Under the pieces are notes generated by a model. That model searched no databases, was not told the DNA's origin, and was given only the letters and a program-made list of their open reading frames with translations. The translations under genes were made by a program, and so were the position numbers. Positions 26,621 to 35,178 of a stretch of DNA of 54,920 nucleotides are shown one piece after another. How positions within the stretch are numbered: position 1 is the stretch's first letter; each line of letters starts with the position of its first letter. Source of the stretch: Actinomycetota bacterium. Lineage in GTDB: Bacteria > Actinomycetota > Acidimicrobiia > Acidimicrobiales > JACDEA01. The stretch spans positions 1-54,920 of the forward strand of contig JACDEA010000001.1 of assembly GCA_013816725.1 (NCBI GenBank). Reading direction: 5' to 3'.

Positions 26621-29600
26621 TCAGGGCATGTCGATTCCCGCGCCTTGGTCGATCTCGTGGGCGTTCTCGTAGAGGAGTTCGACTCGCTCATAGCGTTGAC
26701 GAGTCGCCCAGTCACTTGGCCGAGGGCCGAGGAACTCGTCAATCGTGCGAGCGCCCTCGGACGGTTGCCAGTCAGTAGAAGCCCAGTGGTTGCGCGCGAA
26801 CTCGGCGGCTTCGTCCCACTGGCAAGCACTGACGCTGGTGCCGTGAGGCCGCGCGCCGAGCAGACGTTCGATCGTCACCGAGGGCTCGATGCTGGTGGTG
26901 AGTCGGTGTTGGAGTCGCATGGCCACCTGCGCCTGCGCGAGAAGCGAGCATTCCATCTGCTCGGGCGCGTGGTCGGCAACGAACTGTTTGTGGGCGGCGT
27001 GCTCAGCCTCAAACTCTGCGAGCTGGTGCTCGTAGACGCGAAGGCGCGTCGAGTACCACGTTCTGGCCTTCACATCGGGCCGGGCGTTGAGAAGCGCGTC
27101 GCGCTTGCGACGCGCTGCGGTCACCTCGGAGCCACGGGACGGTGGACTGGCGGCCAAGATTCGCTCCAGCTCGCGGATGCGGGCGCGGATGTCGGTCGAA
27201 GTCGTCGTGCTCAGCACCTGGGCGACGGCGGCAGCACGTGGATCGACCTCGTGCGCCGTTGCCTTGGATCCCCGGTTGGCCATCGCGTCGGCAACGGTGT
27301 CGAGGCTCGGACGCTCGGGCTCAACGGCGTGGAGGCCCGTGTCGTCGGTGAGGTCGACCTCACCTTCGACGACGTAGATCCGCGTCTGGTGGCGAGCACG
27401 GGTGAGGGCGACGTAGCCCTCCTCGAAGCGGCTCGCGTCGGTCGGGTGGTAGCGGCCGGTCTGATGGGTCGCACCTTGAACGAGGTAGGTGGTGCGGGCG
27501 TAGGCGTGCTCAAGGTGTCCGTCGTCGAGGTACCTGGCCGGGAGCCTCACAGTGCCTTCCCGGTCGAACGCGACGAGGAGCTCGCGGCTCTGGACGTCGA
27601 CCTCTGTGATAGTGCCCACGCTGCCGTTCTTCACGAAAGCGCGTCGACCGGGTGCGCGCAGCGTTCGGTCGTTGCGACGGGCGATCACCTCGTCGCCGAC
27701 CATGAACTCGCTGCCCGCGACGAGGAGCGGTGGACCGCTGAGCGCGCCCTCAGCCTTGAGAAGCGCGCGGGCGCGTGCGTTGAGGGCGCGCTGCGTGGAG
27801 TTCGGTCCGGCGATCATCGGATCGCTCTCGCCGTGGAGGCGGCCGGCATACCAATCGGCGACCATCGCGTCATGGCACTCGCCGGCCGTGGCACAACGCA
27901 CGACCTTGCCGGCGTCGTCGTAGCGAGCGAGGGCGTCGGCGATGCGACCTTCGCGGTAGTCGGCGATGGCGAGGCGCTCGTCGGCCTCGACCTGACGGTT
28001 GTTCTCCACGAGCATCACGGCATCGGGAGTGTGGCTGGCGAGGTAGCGGAACACACCGCCGGTGTCGACGGCGGTGTGCTGGTCGGGGTCGCCGATGAGC
28101 TTCAGCGATCCGCGGGCGCGCGCGACGTGTTCGAGCAGTCGGGCGAGGTCGCGGGTCCCGACCATCGACGCCTCGTCGACGAGCAGGACGCCACGGTCGG
28201 GGAAGCCACCGAAGCGGGGGTCGCCGAGTTGGTTCAGGAGCCCCGCGATCGTCGTGCTGGCGACGCCGGTCGAGCGTTCCAGTTCGGCGGCGGCCGTCGC
28301 ACTGACCGAGCACCCCACCACGGAAACACCGCTGGCGAGTAGCGCAGCTGCGCAGGCCTCGGCGGCGTAGGTCTTCCCTGAGCCGGGTCGGCCGACGATA
28401 GGTTGCACGGTCGTGGTCGACTCGCAGACCGCGCGCACCATCGCTCGCTGTTCGTCAGACAGCTCGGGGCGCGCGGCGAGGGCTGCGTCGATGTGGTGGC
28501 CGTCGGCGGTCGGTGCGTGATAGCCGGCTCCCTCTGCAGCCACGGTCAGAACGTGCTCTTCGATGGCGAGCAGCTCGGGCGTGCTGAACAGCGCGAGCCC
28601 AGCCGTTCTGACGACGGTTCCTTCGCTCCCGATCGCGTGCTGGCGCCGGTGACCTCCGGTCGGGAGCAACGGCACGACTCGGCCTGAGCCGAGGAATCGA
28701 TCGGCGGCGCGCTCGATCTCGGCCGCGTGCATCCGGTCAGCGCAGTTGTTAGCGAGCCACTTGATGGCGTCGCGTCTGGTGAACGTGGACCTCTGCTCGG
28801 TCACACCTCTCGACCCGCCGGCGCGGTCGAGGGCAGCCTCGACCTCCTCGCGGGTGAACGGCGTCGGGGACTCGTGGCCGAAGCACGCTTGCACGGCGTC
28901 ATCGTCGAAGCCCGCCTCGGTTGCTCGGTCGCGCCACTGGCGGACCAGGATGTCGGGCGCGACGCCGTAGTCCTTGGCCGCCCGACTGGCGAGCGTCGCA
29001 GCCTGCCGAGCGCGCGCCGAGCTGTAGCCCGACTCGGCGAGCAGCGCCTCGATCTCGTCGCGGCGCTGACTGAACTCGGTGATCACGTCGTTCGGGACGC
29101 CGACGATCTCCGCCCAGCCGTTGTGGACCGGACTCCATCTGACGCCGAGGCGCTGGCTCAGCAGATGACGAAGGTGGGCCTGGTAGAGGTGACCACCCGA
29201 CAGCGCGTGGTCGTAGAGCGGTCGCCCATCGAGGGCGCGCCAGGTGTCCAGCGCGGTGAAGGTGAGGTTCGTGACGACGACGTGGGTGTGCAGGAGCGGG
29301 TCGCCAGCTCGGCTGGTGCGATGGTCGAAGGCCGCAGCGACCAGTCCGCGGGTGAGTACTCGGTCGCCCTTCGACCGGGCGAAGATCGCCTGGCCTTCGA
29401 GGTAGCGGACGACCTCGTCGACCGCCTCGCGGTGCGCGTCCCGGATGAGCGCGCGCTGGTGCTCGTCGCCGAGGGCCCAGAGGACCGACACGCTCTTGGG
29501 TGGTCGCAGGGTGACGTCGAAGCCCGGCCGCGACTTCGGCCGGTGATGCTCGGCGGCGTATCGGTTGAGCTCGCTGCGGCGAACCCGCCAGCCAATGCGG

Positions 29601-29983
29601 CCGGTCGCCTCGGAGACCGCCTTTTCCGCTGCGAGGACCCCGTGCCGGAGCAGGCGACGGACGTAGCGCTCGGAGCATCGGAGCTGCGATCCCGCCTCGA
29701 TCGTCGAGAGCCAGCCGTCGCGACCATCGGACACGTACGGCTCGGCGGCATCCGACCGATGACCGCCGACGAGTTGCTCGCCGGTGAACGGGTGGCGGCC
29801 CTCGAGCAACCGACGGAAGTGGTCAGGGTCGACCTGGCCCTCGAGACCGAGGTCGGCGGCGAGCGAGCCGACCCATCGTCCGGGGGCTTCGCCGTGGCCG
29901 AGGTAGTAGTCCTCGGCTGACGTCGCGATCTCGCCGACGTAGTACTCGGCTCCGCCCGGCCGCAGCCGGCCGATGCTCAGCAC
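26621..29983 (-). CDS. MobF-family conjugative relaxase (TrwC/TraA-like) with RecD-like helicase domain
   Basis: GTG start gives 'MLSIGRLRPGGAEYYVGEIA'. 'GRWVGSLAADLGLEG'. 'FDHRTSRAGDPLLHTHVVVTN' His triad. 'VGRPGSGKTY' Walker A. 'LLVDEASMV'. Confidence 0.9.
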   Translation of the reverse strand: MLSIGRLRPGGAEYYVGEIATSAEDYYLGHGEAPGRWVGSLAADLGLEGQVDPDHFRRLLEGRHPFTGEQLVGGHRSDAAEPYVSDGRDGWLSTIEAGSQLRCSERYVRRLLRHGVLAAEKAVSEATGRIGWRVRRSELNRYAAEHHRPKSRPGFDVTLRPPKSVSVLWALGDEHQRALIRDAHREAVDEVVRYLEGQAIFARSKGDRVLTRGLVAAAFDHRTSRAGDPLLHTHVVVTNLTFTALDTWRALDGRPLYDHALSGGHLYQAHLRHLLSQRLGVRWSPVHNGWAEIVGVPNDVITEFSQRRDEIEALLAESGYSSARARQAATLASRAAKDYGVAPDILVRQWRDRATEAGFDDDAVQACFGHESPTPFTREEVEAALDRAGGSRGVTEQRSTFTRRDAIKWLANNCADRMHAAEIERAADRFLGSGRVVPLLPTGGHRRQHAIGSEGTVVRTAGLALFSTPELLAIEEHVLTVAAEGAGYHAPTADGHHIDAALAARPELSDEQRAMVRAVCESTTTVQPIVGRPGSGKTYAAEACAAALLASGVSVVGCSVSATAAAELERSTGVASTTIAGLLNQLGDPRFGGFPDRGVLLVDEASMVGTRDLARLLEHVARARGSLKLIGDPDQHTAVDTGGVFRYLASHTPDAVMLVENNRQVEADERLAIADYREGRIADALARYDDAGKVVRCATAGECHDAMVADWYAGRLHGESDPMIAGPNSTQRALNARARALLKAEGALSGPPLLVAGSEFMVGDEVIARRNDRTLRAPGRRAFVKNGSVGTITEVDVQSRELLVAFDREGTVRLPARYLDDGHLEHAYARTTYLVQGATHQTGRYHPTDASRFEEGYVALTRARHQTRIYVVEGEVDLTDDTGLHAVEPERPSLDTVADAMANRGSKATAHEVDPRAAAVAQVLSTTTSTDIRARIRELERILAASPPSRGSEVTAARRKRDALLNARPDVKARTWYSTRLRVYEHQLAEFEAEHAAHKQFVADHAPEQMECSLLAQAQVAMRLQHRLTTSIEPSVTIERLLGARPHGTSVSACQWDEAAEFARNHWASTDWQPSEGARTIDEFLGPRPSDWATRQRYERVELLYENAHEIDQGAGIDMP

Positions 29984-30062
29984 GGTGACCGCCTCAGCAG
30001 GTTCCGCCCCAGGCGGAACCTGCAAGTCTTTGAACGCTTGTCAACGGCGAGCGGGAGGACGG

Positions 30063-30392
30063 TCACCGGGCAGTGCGAGTGACGGTGGATGCGGGCGCAT
30101 CGCCTGGGCGCGTTCGGGTCGGGCCTTGCTCGCGGCACGTCGGGAGCGGAGTTATCGCGGAGGGCCGACCAACGAGGTCATCGACCGCCCACTTGGGAAT
30201 CACGATGCGGCGGACGTTGAGCCGCAGGGCGTAGAGCTGTCCGTGATCGATCATGTTGCGGACGGTGCCGGCCGAGACTTTCAGGCGCACCGCCACCTCG
30301 CCGACCGTGTACACAAGCGGCGACTGCTGCGGGCCGGGCCAGTGCTGCTCGCCGGCGACCGGCTTCAACGGGGCGCAGTGGTGTCTTTCCAC
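30063..30392 (-). CDS. Excisionase-family (MerR-like) HTH DNA-binding protein
   Basis: 'VYTVGEVAVRLKVSAGTVRNMIDHGQLYALRLNVRRIVIPKWAVDDLV' is the typical excisionase-family helix-turn-helix. Confidence 0.8.
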   Translation of the reverse strand: MERHHCAPLKPVAGEQHWPGPQQSPLVYTVGEVAVRLKVSAGTVRNMIDHGQLYALRLNVRRIVIPKWAVDDLVGRPSAITPLPTCREQGPTRTRPGDAPASTVTRTAR

Positions 30393-30847
30393 GGCACCTC
30401 CTCCCGAAAGTCAAGCTCGGTGGGCGTGTGCGGCCCTGCGGTCGTCATCCAAATCACGGTCCCGGTCACCCTCCCGGTCGCAGTGTGCGGTCCCGATCGC
30501 GAGTCCCGGTTCTGGTGCGGCGATCAGAGCTGCGTGAACGATGCGCCGGCACCCTCAGCGGAATCCTCAGCGCGATAGCCGACGCAACCGTGACCATCCC
30601 GTTGATTGGCGCTGACCGGCTCAGCAAGAACCTCAACGTCGCAGGTCAGAGGCATCAGCGGTTGGGTCACGGTGACGGTGATCTTGGTAGCGGTGACGAA
30701 GTGCGTCAGGAGCGGTCACCAGAGGTGCGTTGACGCGTGAGCCTCAACGCTGCGGCTGTCGACGATCAATCACAGCGCCGCGGCGCCACTGGGTCGCGTC
30801 ACACCGCCGCGTATCGGTAGTGAAGAGATCCGAACCCGAGGAGTCAC

Positions 30848-31105
30848 ATGAGCGAAGCAACCACACCCGCAACGACCGAGAGTCGCAACCGCATCAGGGT
30901 GTTCGTCAACGACCAGCCGTTCTTCGCGCCTGAGCCGACCATGACAGGCGCCGAGATCCTCGCCATGGCGGGCCTACCCGCCGGGAACCACCTGTTTCTC
31001 GAGGTCCCCGGTCCTGGTGACGACCGGCCGATCGGACCCGAGGAACCAATTGAGCTTCGGTCTGGCATGAAGTTCTATGACGTTCCTGTCGGCACCTTCG
31101 GTTGA
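30848..31105 (+). CDS. Small ubiquitin-like (Multiubiquitin-type beta-grasp) protein with free C-terminal Gly
   Basis: GAGGAG RBS 6 nt upstream. 85 aa. 'IRVFVNDQPFFAPEPTMTGAEILAMAGLP...LFLEVPG...IELRSGMKFYDVP' and the end '...VGTFG-stop'. Confidence 0.7.
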   Translation: MSEATTPATTESRNRIRVFVNDQPFFAPEPTMTGAEILAMAGLPAGNHLFLEVPGPGDDRPIGPEEPIELRSGMKFYDVPVGTFG

Positions 31106-31482
31106 GTGCGCTGCGTCCCGGCGAGTGGGACGCTCTAGCGGATCAGTTCGCCGACGCCACGGCGCGCGACGGACCCGACGGGTTGTCGCTGATCACGATC
31201 CCCGCCGTGAAGCTCCCTCCTGGGTGGTCAGCTGGAGCCACGCCGATCAGCTTCGTCCTTCCGGTCGGCTACCCCGCCGCACAACCCGACTGCTTCTGGG
31301 CTTCGGTGGACCTCCGTCTCGCGTCCGGAGCGATGCCGTCAAACAGCGGCGTCCAGCAGATCCCGCACACCCAAACCGAGGCGCTCTGGTTTTCGTGGCA
31401 CCTCGCCAGTTGGCGTCCGGCGACGGACAACATTTCGACCTACGCCCGCTTCGTTCTCAGGAGATTCGCTGATGCCCGCTGA
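31102..31482 (+). CDS. Prokaryotic E2 (UBC-like) family protein
   Basis: TTGA overlap with the Ubl stop. 'ISFVLPVGYPAAQPDCFWAS' has the candidate catalytic Cys codon at 31291-31293. 126 aa. Confidence 0.65.
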   Translation: MSALRPGEWDALADQFADATARDGPDGLSLITIPAVKLPPGWSAGATPISFVLPVGYPAAQPDCFWASVDLRLASGAMPSNSGVQQIPHTQTEALWFSWHLASWRPATDNISTYARFVLRRFADAR

Positions 31483-32836
31483 GCTCCGATTCACCGACGT
31501 GCAGTTCGACCAACTCCGACGTCACCTGCTCGCCGATGACGACGAGCATGCTGCGGTCCTCATTTGCAGCTCCGCTGGCTCGCAACGCGAGCTCCTGCTC
31601 TGTCGTCGAGTGGTCCTGCTGACGGACGCCGACCTTGAGGCCTCGTCCGGACGCCTGCACCTTGATGTCTCGCCGCTCACCCTCGCCCGTGTGACCAAGC
31701 ATGCGCGAGCCGACGGCTGCACTGTTGTCGTGTGCCACTCACATCCCTTCCCCGGCTTCGTGATGGCGTCACGGATCGATCTCGACACCGAACTCGACCT
31801 CTGCGGTCGTGTTCTCCCCGGGCGCCTCGCTGGTCGTCCTTCGGGAGCGCTCATTCTCGGTCCCGATGGCTACGACGCTCGCATCTGGGTTGAAGGAGAA
31901 TCGTCGCCTCTGCGTGTGCGCGTCGCGGGACGGTTGATCGAGAGCGGTCGCAACACGGAACCCGGCTCGGGCGACGAGCCGAGCGCACGCCAGCTCCTGG
32001 TGTGGGGGACGGCAGGTCAACGCCGGCTCCGTGATGCATCGGTCGCGGTCGTGGGAGTCGGCGGGACCGGTTCGCATGTGGCGATACAACTCGCCCACCT
32101 CGGCATCGGGCGGCTTGCGCTTGTCGATCCCGACGTCGTCGAAGCAAGCAACCTCGGACGGCTCGTCGGAGCGACGGCGAACGATGTCGGCCGCCCCAAG
32201 GTGGAGGTGCTTGCATTAGCTGCTGCGGGTATCCGCCCGGAGATCGTCGTCGAGCCCATCGTCCATTCGGTGCTCGACCTCGATGCTGACGTTCTCGCCT
32301 CCAAAGACCTGATTGTGTGCTGCACCGACGGCCACGGATCACGGGCGCTGCTGACCGAGTTGGCCGCCCAGTACCTGGTGACACTCATCGACCTCGGCGT
32401 GGAGGTACAAAGCTCGCAGGGATCAACGCGCGCCGGTGGCGGCGTTCGCATTGTGCGGCCCGGCGCACCTTGCCTTCATTGCATGAACGTGCTCGATTCG
32501 GCGTTGGTGCGCGAGGAGTTCCTGAGCGATGCTCAGCGGGACGAGGAAGAGAAGCGCGGCTACCTCCGCGGTAGTAGTGAGCCCGCTCCTTCAGTCATCG
32601 CTTTGAACGGCGTGATCGCGTCTCTAGCGGTCGTCGAAGTGCTGAATGAGCTACTTGGTCTCTTCGCAGAATCCCCGCGGCGTCTCCTCTACCGCGCTGA
32701 GGCTCGGTCCGTGACAACGGCTGATGCGACAGGCCAGCACGGCTGCTACGTGTGCCGACCGGGCGGCATCACCGGCCTCGGCGACGCCCGTCGGCTGCCA
32801 CGTCGGCAGGCAGAACCGCGCAGGGGATCGGGCTGA
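31472..32836 (+). CDS. JAB/JAMM peptidase fused to ThiF/MoeB-type E1 adenylyltransferase
   Basis: 'EHAAVLICS' and 'CHSHPFPGFVMASRID' fit JAMM E / HxHx7Sx2D. 'VAVVGVGGTGSHVA', 'LVDPDVVEASNLGR' and the CLHC + CYVC zinc pairs fit an E1. Confidence 0.9.
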   Translation: MPAELRFTDVQFDQLRRHLLADDDEHAAVLICSSAGSQRELLLCRRVVLLTDADLEASSGRLHLDVSPLTLARVTKHARADGCTVVVCHSHPFPGFVMASRIDLDTELDLCGRVLPGRLAGRPSGALILGPDGYDARIWVEGESSPLRVRVAGRLIESGRNTEPGSGDEPSARQLLVWGTAGQRRLRDASVAVVGVGGTGSHVAIQLAHLGIGRLALVDPDVVEASNLGRLVGATANDVGRPKVEVLALAAAGIRPEIVVEPIVHSVLDLDADVLASKDLIVCCTDGHGSRALLTELAAQYLVTLIDLGVEVQSSQGSTRAGGGVRIVRPGAPCLHCMNVLDSALVREEFLSDAQRDEEEKRGYLRGSSEPAPSVIALNGVIASLAVVEVLNELLGLFAESPRRLLYRAEARSVTTADATGQHGCYVCRPGGITGLGDARRLPRRQAEPRRGSG

Positions 32837-33063
32837 TGTCTACGCTCTTGGCGATGGACGACTCGACTGCCGCATCCGACGAAGGCGCCAATGTCCTTCC
32901 TGGGGAGCCGCTAGACAGCGGATTTCGCTTTCGGCCAGCGCGCAACGTCCCAGAGGCGCGGCTATCGGACGCAGCTCGAGAGCGAGTGCTCCGCAAGATG
33001 GAGAGTGTCGACGAGGCGCGCCTTCGGGCGGCCAAGGAGGGCCACACCGCCTACGTCGGTTAA
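32836..33063 (+). CDS. Small acidic hypothetical protein ending in Gly
   Basis: ATG overlaps the E1 TGA by 1 nt. 75 aa 'MSTLLAMDDSTAASDEG...AKEGHTAYVG-stop'. Confidence 0.4.
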   Translation: MSTLLAMDDSTAASDEGANVLPGEPLDSGFRFRPARNVPEARLSDAARERVLRKMESVDEARLRAAKEGHTAYVG

Positions 33064-33075
33064 CAGGTCAGCCGC

Positions 33076-34560
33076 ATGAGGTTCTCCGACTGGACGCCAG
33101 CCAACCCCGAGCCCGCCCAGATCGTCGACCTTCGACCGGAGGGCGTGCTCCTGGGTTTGGCTCGCTACTACGAAGGGACGAGACCCGCCGTCGTCCACGA
33201 GGCGCTCGGCCAGGCGTACTCGCTAGGGGCCCAGACCGCGGTGATCGAGTTCCGATACCTCGATCCCGACTACCGCAGCGAACACAGCCGCTTCTACTCC
33301 ACGACGTTCCGGCGCTACCCGTCGGTCGCCCACCGGCTTCACTTCTTCTCCTCGCCACCGCCGGACGAATGGCGCGACCCAGAGCGAAGCCTCGACTTCA
33401 CCTCCCTAGACGCTTCGTACCTCGGTTTCGTCGTGATGCGACCGCTGCCGGGTGCACGGGTCGGGCGAGTGGCGCTGGCCGCGCACGACGATCTCGTGAA
33501 GGACGTCACCTGCATCACACGAGAGCACGTGAACGTCTTCGGCGCGCCGATGTCCATCCGCGCGGCGCCTTTCATGGCTCAGGACGCACAGCTCGGCGTC
33601 TGCGCACACATGGCCCTCTGGGTCGTCGCGCAGCATCACCACCTGGCGTATGGCCGCGCCCGCTGCACTGCAGCGGAGGTCGCTGAGCTAATCCCAACTG
33701 ATCTTGGACTCGGCCGGCCAGCGCCGTCGAGCGGCCTCACAGTGGAACAGTTAGCGGCAGGATGTAGGGCGCTCGGTCTGCCTGCTCTCGTTTACAAATG
33801 CAAGGAGACCACCGACCTTCCTGCGGGCGAGAAGATTCCCGGTGTCGCTTGTCGCTACCTCAACTCGGGTATGCCGGTGATAGTGGCAGCGGGGGGCCAT
33901 CACGCCTTCACGCTCGTCGGATATCGGCGCGTCGATGCCGGCACCAAGGACGAACGCATCCACTTCATCCGTCAGGATGATGAGATCGGTCCGTACCAGG
34001 TTGTCGAGGACTTCGCCCACGACCTTCACGGAAAGTGGGAATGGCTGATCGTTCCGCTGCCATCGAAGGTCTTTGTCCCCGGTGAGATCGCGGAGAGTCT
34101 GGGTAGCGAGCAGATTCTCGAAACGGCAAGCCATTCTCCACATCCGGCGGCACAAGACCTCGTGGCCGAGACGGCCGACCCAACCAACCGCGCCGTCAGC
34201 TTCCGCTCGACGGTGGTGCGTTCGAATCAGTTCAAGGCCAGCCTGGTCGAGCGCGGCTTTGTCCCCGAAGCCGCGGCCCTCTACCGTCGCCTTCCGCTGC
34301 CGCGGTGGATCTGGGTCGTGGAGGCGATCCGCAAGGACGAACGGGAGCAACGTGCTTATGCGGTCGTCGCCGAGGCGGTGATCGACGCCACTGACCACAG
34401 CCGAGACATGCACGTTCTCGCGTGGAGAGTGCCCGGCGCTCTATGGACCTGGCGGCCCGACGAGGACGAGGTGGGTGACCGTGACCTGCCCGACCAGCCG
34501 CTCGTCGACAGTGTCGCCCGGTACACCGCCGACGAGCGGCTCTTGGCGCAGCCAACGTGA
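33076..34560 (+). CDS. 494-aa protein with a central papain-like cysteine peptidase signature
   Basis: 'PFMAQDAQLGVCAHMALW' (Cys codon 33601-33603). 'AAGGHHAFTLVGY' (His codons 33898-33903). 'IHFIRQDDEIG'. Order and spacing resemble papain Q/C...H...N(D). Confidence 0.6.
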   Translation: MRFSDWTPANPEPAQIVDLRPEGVLLGLARYYEGTRPAVVHEALGQAYSLGAQTAVIEFRYLDPDYRSEHSRFYSTTFRRYPSVAHRLHFFSSPPPDEWRDPERSLDFTSLDASYLGFVVMRPLPGARVGRVALAAHDDLVKDVTCITREHVNVFGAPMSIRAAPFMAQDAQLGVCAHMALWVVAQHHHLAYGRARCTAAEVAELIPTDLGLGRPAPSSGLTVEQLAAGCRALGLPALVYKCKETTDLPAGEKIPGVACRYLNSGMPVIVAAGGHHAFTLVGYRRVDAGTKDERIHFIRQDDEIGPYQVVEDFAHDLHGKWEWLIVPLPSKVFVPGEIAESLGSEQILETASHSPHPAAQDLVAETADPTNRAVSFRSTVVRSNQFKASLVERGFVPEAAALYRRLPLPRWIWVVEAIRKDEREQRAYAVVAEAVIDATDHSRDMHVLAWRVPGALWTWRPDEDEVGDRDLPDQPLVDSVARYTADERLLAQPT

Positions 34561-34611
34561 GCCTCGATCCTCGCGCCTGTCACGCGGCCGCGTAGAGGGT
34601 TGGAGGTGCAC

Positions 34612-35178
34612 GTGGACGACGACCTCGAAGCGGAATTGGTGGACAAGGCGAAGCGGGGCGACCCAAGCGCAGGGCCGTTCCTAGTCAGCTTCTACGGCGA
34701 GCGGCTGCTCGGCTACGCCCGCGGCCACGCTCCCGATCTGTCCGACGCCGACCGGGAGCACATCGTCGAGTTGGCGATCGAGGCAGGCGTGCGAGCAATG
34801 CGAAGCTTCGACCCTGCGAAGGGGACGCTCCGGTCTTGGTTCCGCACGCAGGTTCGGTACAAGACCCTCGCATGGCGTCGCTCAACTCCGCCGACCAGCG
34901 AGCTCGCGCCGGAGCTGGCCGAGCCAACCATCGACACAACGCCGCCCGACCCGGCCATCACCGACGCACTGCATCGCGCGATCGCGCGGCTGAGCCATGA
35001 CGACCAGGTCGTGCTCGCGCTCCGTGACGCTGAGCGCCTCGACTATTGCGAGATAGCGCAGCGACTAACTATCAACGAGGCGACTGCACGACAGCGGCAC
35101 AGCCGAGCCCGCAAGCGTTTGCGGGACGAGGCCCGAGGCGAGGCCGCGCTTCACCACCTCGATGAGGAGATGAACTAA
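34612..35178 (+). CDS. ECF-type sigma-70 family factor
   Basis: GGAGG RBS before GTG 34612. Region 2 'FDPAKGTLRSWFRTQVRYKTLAWRR'. Region 4 'LSHDDQVVLALRDAERLDYCEIAQRLTINEATARQRHSRARKRL'. Confidence 0.8.
   Translation: MDDDLEAELVDKAKRGDPSAGPFLVSFYGERLLGYARGHAPDLSDADREHIVELAIEAGVRAMRSFDPAKGTLRSWFRTQVRYKTLAWRRSTPPTSELAPELAEPTIDTTPPDPAITDALHRAIARLSHDDQVVLALRDAERLDYCEIAQRLTINEATARQRHSRARKRLRDEARGEAALHHLDEEMN

Noticed and set aside
26645-28342. 565-aa plus-strand ORF
   Set aside because: Antisense to the MobF relaxase, which has unambiguous relaxase and helicase motifs.
32724-33686. 320-aa plus-strand ORF in the Ubl operon
   Set aside because: It is an alternative frame overlapping the E1 end, the small ORF and the peptidase gene. 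It is Arg/Pro-rich. The coupled-start ORFs explain the region better.
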